DNA from: an uncultured Collinsella sp.
Lineage (GTDB): Bacteria; Actinomycetota; Coriobacteriia; Coriobacteriales; Coriobacteriaceae
Assembly: GCA_900540895.1 (NCBI GenBank)
Contig: UQHV01000014.1
Location: 2,856 to 66,855 of the forward strand
Direction: 5' to 3'
Length of the DNA: 64,000 nucleotides
In this document: positions 57,622-64,000 of the stretch, one piece after another
Numbering within the stretch: position 1 is the stretch's first letter
How the letters are laid out: every line of letters starts with the position of its first letter
Translations under genes and position numbers: made by a program
The notes under the pieces: generated by a model
The model's input: the letters and a program-made list of their open reading frames with translations, nothing else
Database searches by the model: none
Told to the model about the DNA's origin: nothing

Positions 57622-59001
57622 CTAATGCACAAACATGCGCACGAACTTGTGCTTCCAGCTTGCGTAGGGCGCATACCGAAACGGCACGTCCAGCCAAGTT
57701 GCCTTGTTCACGATGCTCTTCTTGTGGCTAAACGTATCGAAGCTCTCGCGTCCATGGTACTGCCCCATACCGCTCGCGCCCATGCCGCCAAAGCCCATAT
57801 GGCTCGTAGCCAAGTGCATGATCGTGTCGTTGACACAGCCGCCGCCAAAGGGCACGTAGCGCACAAAGCGTTGCTGAACCGAACGGTCCTGGCTAAAGAT
57901 ATACAGGGCCAGCGGCGTCGGACGATCCGTAATAAACGTCTCGGCCTCGTCTAGGCTCTCAAACGTCAGCACCGGCAAGATGGGACCGAAGATCTCCTCC
58001 TGCATCACGGCGTCATCGGGGGTCACGCCGTCTAGGATCGTCGGCTCAATCTTGAGCGACGACTCGCGCGCCGTGCCTCCCAGCACGACCTTATCGGGAT
58101 CGATCAGCCCGCGCACGCGCGCAAAATGCTTGGCGTTGACGATATGCCCGTAGTCCTCGTTATCGAGCGGATGCTCGCCAAACATACGGCGGGCCTCTTC
58201 CCTGATGAGGTCCAGCAGCTCGTCGTGCACGCGCGCATCGACCAGCAGGTAGTCGGGCGCCACGCAGGTCTGCCCCACGTTGAGCCATTTACCAAAGGCG
58301 ATACGCCGCGCCGCAACCTTCAAGTTTGCCGTCGCATCCACGATGCAGGGGCTCTTGCCGCCCAGCTCAAGCGTCACGGGCGTGAGGTTTTTACTCGCGC
58401 GCTCCATGACGAGCTTGCCGACCGGAACGCTACCGGTAAAGAAGATCTTGTCCCAGCACTCATCGAGCAACGCTTCGTTCTCGGCGCGCCCGCCCTCGAC
58501 AACCGTCACCAGGCGCGGATCAAATGCCTCTTCACAGATTTGCTTGAGCACCGCGCTCGATGCCGGAGCATAGGCACTCGGCTTGATGACCACGGTATTG
58601 CCCGCGGCAAGGGCGCCGGCGAGCGGCTCGAGTGTTAGCAAAAACGGGTAGTTCCACGGAGCCATGATGAGCGTGACGCCATAGGGCACGGCTTGCGTTT
58701 TGCACGCGCTCACGGCGTTGGCAAGGTCACACGGACGCAGGCGCGGACGACTCCATCGAGCCACGTGAGCGATCTGATGACGAATCTCGGAAAGCGACGT
58801 GCCGATCTCGCACATATATGCCTCGTCATGCGACTTTCCCAAATCGGTCTTGAGTGCATGGGCAATATCGGCCTCGTGCGCCCGTACCGCATCGCGTAAA
58901 CTCACGAGCGCGCGACGTCGGGCATCAACATCAAACGTAGCGTGCGTTTTAAAGTAAGTGCGCTGATCGCCGACGATGCGCGCAATTTCCTCGGTGTTCA
59001 T
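57622..59001 (-). CDS. Aldehyde dehydrogenase (ALDH3/YwdH-like)
   Basis: PWNYP, KPS, FTGS, LELGGKSP, GQTCVAPDY, EEIFGP, FGG.G.SGMG.YHG. Confidence 0.93.
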   Translation of the reverse strand: MNTEEIARIVGDQRTYFKTHATFDVDARRRALVSLRDAVRAHEADIAHALKTDLGKSHDEAYMCEIGTSLSEIRHQIAHVARWSRPRLRPCDLANAVSACKTQAVPYGVTLIMAPWNYPFLLTLEPLAGALAAGNTVVIKPSAYAPASSAVLKQICEEAFDPRLVTVVEGGRAENEALLDECWDKIFFTGSVPVGKLVMERASKNLTPVTLELGGKSPCIVDATANLKVAARRIAFGKWLNVGQTCVAPDYLLVDARVHDELLDLIREEARRMFGEHPLDNEDYGHIVNAKHFARVRGLIDPDKVVLGGTARESSLKIEPTILDGVTPDDAVMQEEIFGPILPVLTFESLDEAETFITDRPTPLALYIFSQDRSVQQRFVRYVPFGGGCVNDTIMHLATSHMGFGGMGASGMGQYHGRESFDTFSHKKSIVNKATWLDVPFRYAPYASWKHKFVRMFVH

Positions 59002-59010
59002 GGCACCCTC

Positions 59011-60231
59011 CTAGTTCTCGTCCTCAAACATACCACCCGCGACGACCTCGTACATACGCTCGAGCTCCAAGCGGTCCATCAAAAGCGGAACGGGGTACAG
59101 CGGATTGGCCTCGGCATCGGCATGCGCCGCCATCTCGGGAATGTCGGAGCGGCGAATGCCCGAGACATATTTGGGGATTCCCAGGATCTCGTTCATGCGG
59201 TCGACCCAATCGAAAAAGGCCTCGGCCGCAAGACTATCCTGCGCGGTAGCCGGCGCAATGCCCGCCATGCGAGCAAGATCGGCAAGCTTGGGGGCGGCGG
59301 CGTCACCATAAGCGCGAAGCATGTGCGGCAGGATGATCGCGTTGGCCAAACCGTGCGGAATTCCGTATCGGCCGCCCAGACTGTGCGCGATGGCATGCAC
59401 ATATCCGACATAGGAGCGGGTAAACGCAACGCCCGCCTTATACGCCGCCGAAAGCATATTGCGACGAGCGCGCATGTCGTCACCATGCTCATAGGCCTCG
59501 AGCAAATTGTCGTGGATAAGCTGCACCGCCTGTCGCGCCATCTTGCGCGTATAGGGCGTGGTGCTTCGCCCGATAAAGGCCTCGACGGCATGCGTCAGGG
59601 CATCCATACCCGTCTGCCCCGTAATGGAGGCGGGCAGACCGCGCGTAAACTCGGGGTCGTGCACCGCAAAGCGCGGAATAAGCACAAAGTCGTTAATGGG
59701 GTACTTGTAGTGCGTCCCGTCATCGGTAATTACCGCCGCAAGCGTGACTTCGCTTCCCGTACCGGCGGTAGTGGGAACGGCGATGAGCAGCGGCAGGCGA
59801 CGATGAATCCGCAGCAGGCCGCGCATCTTGTTGATGGGCTTGTTTGGCTGCGCAATGCGTGCGCCCACGCCCTTGGCACAGTCCATGGCCGAGCCACCGC
59901 CAAAGCCGATAATGGCCTGGCAGGCGCTCTCTCGATACAGGGACGCCGCTTCTTCCACGTTTGAAACCGTGGGGTTTGCACGCGTTTCGGCATAGACCGT
60001 AACGCCAATCCCCCTGGATGCGAGCGCCGTCTCGAGCGGTGCCGTGAGCCCCAGACGGGCAATGCCGGGATCCGTCACGATAAGGACCTTCTGGATCGAG
60101 CGCTTTTGAAGCACCGCGGGCACATCCTCGGCATGCTCTAAAATGCGCGGCTCGGTATAGGGCAGGATCGGCAATGCAATGCGAAAAACCGTCTGATATG
60201 TTCGGCACCAGGCACGACGGGCTAGATGCAT
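59011..60231 (-). CDS. Iron-containing alcohol dehydrogenase
   Basis: GGGSAMD, PTTAGTGSE, DALTHAVE, HAIAH, PHG. Confidence 0.93.
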   Translation of the reverse strand: MHLARRAWCRTYQTVFRIALPILPYTEPRILEHAEDVPAVLQKRSIQKVLIVTDPGIARLGLTAPLETALASRGIGVTVYAETRANPTVSNVEEAASLYRESACQAIIGFGGGSAMDCAKGVGARIAQPNKPINKMRGLLRIHRRLPLLIAVPTTAGTGSEVTLAAVITDDGTHYKYPINDFVLIPRFAVHDPEFTRGLPASITGQTGMDALTHAVEAFIGRSTTPYTRKMARQAVQLIHDNLLEAYEHGDDMRARRNMLSAAYKAGVAFTRSYVGYVHAIAHSLGGRYGIPHGLANAIILPHMLRAYGDAAAPKLADLARMAGIAPATAQDSLAAEAFFDWVDRMNEILGIPKYVSGIRRSDIPEMAAHADAEANPLYPVPLLMDRLELERMYEVVAGGMFEDEN

Positions 60232-60351
60232 AAAGGAAACTCCTTCATTTGTTGATAGGTCAACATTTGCTCGCCCGATTGTACTCAGCGGCGGTCAAAG
60301 ACGGCCTGCCAATCGTTAATCAATCAACATCTTTATAGCTCGAAATTGTTT

Positions 60352-60372
60352 TATTAAAAATCATTCCTAATA
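60352..60372. promoter_or_regulatory. PerR/Fur-like palindromic operator upstream of rubrerythrin
   Basis: TATTAAAAAT-C-ATTCCTAATA imperfect AT-rich dyad; the downstream gene type is a typical PerR target. Confidence 0.45.
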
Positions 60373-60487
60373 GGCTTCACATTTGGTTGCATTTATGGAT
60401 AATAGAACTCGTCAAGACGCACGTCCGGAGAGGGCCCTTACGGGACCGGACGAGCGCACAATCGCCATCGATCGAAAGGATCGAATC

Positions 60488-61048
60488 ATGAAGTTTGTTT
60501 GCCCCGTTTGCGGTTATGTGGAAGAGTTCGACGGCGACCAACTGCCCGAGGACTTCAAGTGCCCCCAGTGCGGCGTTCCCGGTTCTCGTTTCCTGAAGCA
60601 GGAGGAGGGTCAGCTCGAGTGGGCTGCCGAGCACGTCGTGGGCGTCGCCAAGATGGAGGGCGTCTCCGAGGACATCGTTGCCGACCTGCGCGCCAACTTT
60701 GAGGGCGAGTGCTCCGAGGTCGGTATGTACCTGGCCATGGCTCGCGTCGCTCATCGCGAGGGCTATCCCGAGATCGGCCTGTACTGGGAGAAGGCTGCCC
60801 ACGAGGAGGCCGAGCATGCCGCCAAGTTCGCTGAGCTCCTGGGCGAGGTCGTGACCGACTCCACCAAGAAGAACCTCGAGATGCGCGTTGAGGCTGAGAA
60901 CGGCGCCACCGCCGGCAAGACCGATCTTGCCAAGCGCGCCAAGGCCGCTGGCCTCGATGCCATCCACGACACCGTGCACGAGATGGCTCGCGACGAGGCC
61001 CGCCACGGCAAGGCTTTCGCCGGCCTGCTCAAGCGCTACTTTGGCTAA
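60488..61048 (+). CDS. rbr: Reverse rubrerythrin (NADH peroxidase)
   Basis: N-terminal CPVCG..CPQCG rubredoxin domain; [30 protein letters not shown]. Confidence 0.92.
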   Translation: MKFVCPVCGYVEEFDGDQLPEDFKCPQCGVPGSRFLKQEEGQLEWAAEHVVGVAKMEGVSEDIVADLRANFEGECSEVGMYLAMARVAHREGYPEIGLYWEKAAHEEAEHAAKFAELLGEVVTDSTKKNLEMRVEAENGATAGKTDLAKRAKAAGLDAIHDTVHEMARDEARHGKAFAGLLKRYFG

Positions 61049-61082
61049 GCCAACCGCCTGAGACATAACCTCAAGCTTGATG

Positions 61083-61113
61083 AGGCCCGGACCGTATTGG
61101 TTCGGGCCTTTTT
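61083..61113 (+). terminator. Intrinsic terminator after rbr
   Basis: AGGCCCGGACC-GTATT-GGTTCGGGCCTTTTT. Confidence 0.85.
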
Positions 61114-61179
61114 CGTGCCTCATGAACTTGTTAACGCCCTGAAATAGGACCGCCTTCGGCATCGGCTTCTCGTCAAAAA

Positions 61180-61302
61180 CTAAGTGAGTAGACTTTTTGG
61201 AACTTGCCGAGCACGCCATCCATATTGCTTTATAAAGCCGCAGGTAAATGACTTGTTGCAAAACGGCTTGGTCGCCAAAGTGCCAAAAGTCTACTCACTT
61301 AG
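61180..61302. mobile_element. 123-bp palindromic element, copy 2
   Basis: CTAAGTGAGTAGACTTTT...CCGCAGGTA...AAAAGTCTACTCACTTAG; contains the stop codon of the nuclease gene. Confidence 0.8.
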
Positions 61303-62418
61303 AACCGCAGCCGTCCACGATCGAGCCATTTTGTGTCTAGCGGGCATCTTTCCGTCGATTACTCCCAATTTTGTCCAGTCAATGAATAGTTCAGACCGGA
61401 GTAATGCCTCAGCCCTTTGCTCATCCGAGCTTTTATCACGATATTCAACATCGAGCATCCTGCATACGGCCTTAACGATCGCGCGGAATCTATCCTCATC
61501 CGATATCTGTCTGTGTGTAAGGAGAAGCACATCGTAGCCCATGGCCTGAAGGGCCGTCATGCGGTCAGCGTCACGCAAGCCATCCCCTGCGCGTCCGTGC
61601 GAGGCCTTTCCCTGACATTCAATGGCCACCTGTCGCCTACCGTCCGGCGAAGAAAGAAGTAGGTCGATATATACACGGGACTTTCCCACAATCGCTCGAG
61701 CACTTGTGCTTAACGTCACTTCGACATTGAGCTCTATGCCGCAAAACCCTTCGCCTCCCAGGGCTCGCGGCAGTCCAAGCAACAAAAACGCCTCGACCTC
61801 AAAAGGCGACGCGGCACCCAATGGAACGAGTTGCGATACCGCCATAAATCTATTGCCGTAACGCATCCCGCAAACATCTGAACAAAAACGGTCAAGGTCT
61901 CCGCCCAAAACCAAAGCGTCTCGACGCCATAAACTTGAAGTGATGCCGTCCTCGGACGGGCAGCGCACCCAACCGAACGTTGTCGAAATCGCGCCCGAAT
62001 CAATTGCACGCGAAAGCTCCGCCTCAAGCGCCACCGGCAGAGCACACACCGCAAACAAGCCACACATCTCCGCCAACACAAAAAGAAGCTGGAGATCCGT
62101 CAGATGTCGAGACATGATAAATGCCGTCAGTAGAGGAGACGTGACCAAAAATCCATGCTCCGTTTCCAACACAGATTCCCTGGGGAGCTCACCAAGGAAC
62201 AGCCGCTGCCTAATGCTGACAGGGCAGGTCCGTTTGTTTCTCGTCCGAACCAATGTATACAACGGAAAACCGAGCGCGACTGCAGCCGTCGGGTTGCGGG
62301 CGAGATCATATCGCTGCCGGTCTTCTTCCGGTCGTGGAAACGGCGGACACAAAGCGCGGACTTGAGGAGGCAAACGCCAGTACCTAAAAGCCGATATGTC
62401 ACAAAGTAGATCATTCAT
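61291..62418 (-). CDS. AbiEi-like N-terminal region plus Vsr/DUF559-like PD-(D/E)XK endonuclease domain
   Basis: VTSP..T, ASPFE, GGEG, YIDLL..AIECQG..H..D.DR..AL..MGYDV..LT..QI. Start is 62418 (ATG) or 62424 (GTG). Confidence 0.8.
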   Translation of the reverse strand: MNDLLCDISAFRYWRLPPQVRALCPPFPRPEEDRQRYDLARNPTAAVALGFPLYTLVRTRNKRTCPVSIRQRLFLGELPRESVLETEHGFLVTSPLLTAFIMSRHLTDLQLLFVLAEMCGLFAVCALPVALEAELSRAIDSGAISTTFGWVRCPSEDGITSSLWRRDALVLGGDLDRFCSDVCGMRYGNRFMAVSQLVPLGAASPFEVEAFLLLGLPRALGGEGFCGIELNVEVTLSTSARAIVGKSRVYIDLLLSSPDGRRQVAIECQGKASHGRAGDGLRDADRMTALQAMGYDVLLLTHRQISDEDRFRAIVKAVCRMLDVEYRDKSSDEQRAEALLRSELFIDWTKLGVIDGKMPARHKMARSWTAAVLSE

Positions 62419-62600
62419 AGGCACAGGAAAACACGGATTTCAACCCAATCGGTCTCGCATTGGCGCGAACGCAACAAAAATGGCACCGAACGGACTGCTA
62501 AGTTTTCAACAGCCCTCCCCAACTGACCAAAAGCTTGCCGAGAGCTGGACGAAGCACTGTTGAAAACCCCATTTTTTTTCTCATGCAGAAGCTTTGCGCG

Positions 62601-62723
62601 GCAAGTGAGTAGACTTTTTCGAACTTGCCGTGCAGACCAGCCAAATTGCTTTATAAAGTCGCAGGTAGATAGCTTGTGGTAAAACGGCTTGGTCGCCAAA
62701 ATGCCAAAAGTCTACTCACTTAG
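62601..62723. mobile_element. 123-bp palindromic element, copy 3
   Basis: AAGTGAGTAGACTTTT...TCGCAGGTA...AAAAGTCTACTCACTTAG; highly similar to copy 2 and in the same orientation. Confidence 0.8.
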
Positions 62724-63999
62724 ATTGCAGAGCGCCCCCCATTAGCTGCAATTCCAAGGTAGTTAGCACTTTTGGATTCAGATCGTCATACTGAACAAGA
62801 ATTTGACTTGAGTTTTCAGGGACAAATGCACCATCGGCACACCAATAACAGTCACTGATATCGATAAACGGAATACCCGAGCGCGTGAGAGCCCGCGCAA
62901 AAGAGCTTCCACCCGTTCCGCGCTCCGCAACAACAGTGCAGTAAAGGCCCGCGTCCGCATGCTCGATCGAGACCTCCCCTGCCGGAAACGCTTTCCGTAC
63001 AAGCGCCGCCAGGCCATCACGCGCCTCGCGAGCACGAACACGCACGCGGTTCACATGCCGCTCGTAATCACCCGATTCCAGCAAACGTGCCAAAGCGACC
63101 TGGTCAACAGAACTCACCGACGAGGCGTAGAAACCAAGGCTGCGCCTAAACCGCTCCATCAGCTCATCGGGCAACACCATGTACGCTAGACGCAGCGCCG
63201 ATGACAGGCTCTTCGAAAACGTGTTGGTGTAGATAACCGACTGGGCGGCATCGATCGACGCGAGCGCGGGAATCGGCTTACCAGCAAGGCGAAACTCACA
63301 ATCAAAGTCATCTTCGATGAGATACCGGCTCGGCTGCTCGGCGGCCCAGCTCAGCAGGGCATAGCGACGCGCAATGCTCGTCACAAGGCCGGTCGGATAC
63401 TGATGGGACGGCATCAGGTGAAGGACATCGGTCCCGCTTTTCTGCAGAGTGCTCAAGCCCACGCCCTCATCATCCAACGGGATATGTCGAACTTTGCAGC
63501 TCATAGCCTGATAGATGCGCGTCAGACGCAAATAGCCCGGGTCCTCAACGGCATACACCTTGTCCGCGCCAAGCAACTGAACCAACATGGTATCGAGCAG
63601 CTGGGCGCCCGCGCCGATAACGATGTTATTGGGATCGACATTCATGCCCCTCGTCCCACGCAGATGGTGAGCAATTGCGCGTCGTAGCCGAGCGGTGCCC
63701 TGTGCCGGTGCGGGCGAAAAGACCTCGCGTTCGTCTTCGGATGTCAGCGTCGCCCGTAGCGCGCTTTGCCAAAGCCGCGCCGCCTCCAAAGCGGAAGGAG
63801 AAAGTGTATCGAATCGCTCGGTCCGTCCATCGGCATCATGCGCGCTGGGGCCCACAGAGACGGTATCTCGGTCGATGCTCCCCGTAGTCAAAGGCAAAAC
63901 CGGTGCATCCGGAAGCTCGCAAGCGTAGTAGCCCCGACGCGGCATTGAACAAATATAGCCCTCGGCAAGTAACTGGTTATATGCATTCTCGATGGTAAT
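62716..63999 (-). CDS. MocR/GabR-family (PdxR-like) regulator: wHTH plus PLP aminotransferase-like domain; 5' end beyond window
   Basis: ITIENAYNQLLAEGYICSMPRRGYY at the window edge; GAGAQ, EDPGY, PSHQYPTG, IEDDFD.EFR, TFSKSL..LRLAY. Confidence 0.9.
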   Translation of the reverse strand: MTIENAYNQLLAEGYICSMPRRGYYACELPDAPVLPLTTGSIDRDTVSVGPSAHDADGRTERFDTLSPSALEAARLWQSALRATLTSEDEREVFSPAPAQGTARLRRAIAHHLRGTRGMNVDPNNIVIGAGAQLLDTMLVQLLGADKVYAVEDPGYLRLTRIYQAMSCKVRHIPLDDEGVGLSTLQKSGTDVLHLMPSHQYPTGLVTSIARRYALLSWAAEQPSRYLIEDDFDCEFRLAGKPIPALASIDAAQSVIYTNTFSKSLSSALRLAYMVLPDELMERFRRSLGFYASSVSSVDQVALARLLESGDYERHVNRVRVRAREARDGLAALVRKAFPAGEVSIEHADAGLYCTVVAERGTGGSSFARALTRSGIPFIDISDCYWCADGAFVPENSSQILVQYDDLNPKVLTTLELQLMGGALQSK

Positions 64000-64000
64000 G

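Noticed and set aside
61180..62723. Classical IS or composite transposon
   Set aside because: No DDE, HUH or recombinase motifs in the enclosed gene and no evident target-site duplication. Reported instead as a candidate repeat-nuclease system.

Overview
High-GC (~60%) chromosomal window, most consistent with a gut Coriobacteriia genome (Collinsella-like; inferred from gene content and codon style, not from a marker gene). It is mostly core and metabolic genes: fba, rel, a RecJ-helicase fusion, the liv ABC operon, hom, purL, an ETF/FAD-dehydrogenase cluster, Elp3, trmB, a Ski2-like helicase, ALDH/Fe-ADH and a reverse rubrerythrin. Accessory loci are a Shango-like defence triad (TerB-N/C, DUF2791 ATPase, Lhr-like helicase) and a WxL/LPXTG-like surface-protein cluster. 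The most interesting signals are non-coding. (1) A 123-bp palindromic element occurs three times at identical length with a central CGCAGGTA motif; two copies bracket an AbiEi-like/Vsr(DUF559)-type nuclease gene and one is solo, which suggests a nuclease-associated REP/MITE-like system. (2) A four-unit hairpin array has an exact 62-bp period. (3) A 27-aa type I toxin with a convergent antisense RNA and a LexA-like box is missing from the ORF track. (4) A shared YGTCCG-N10-TANNNT promoter motif, resembling the mycobacterial PafBC motif, lies upstream of recJ, a HIRAN gene and a DUF2130 gene. No rRNA, tRNA, CRISPR array or transposase gene was recognised. All family assignments come from motif recognition by eye; no database search was run.
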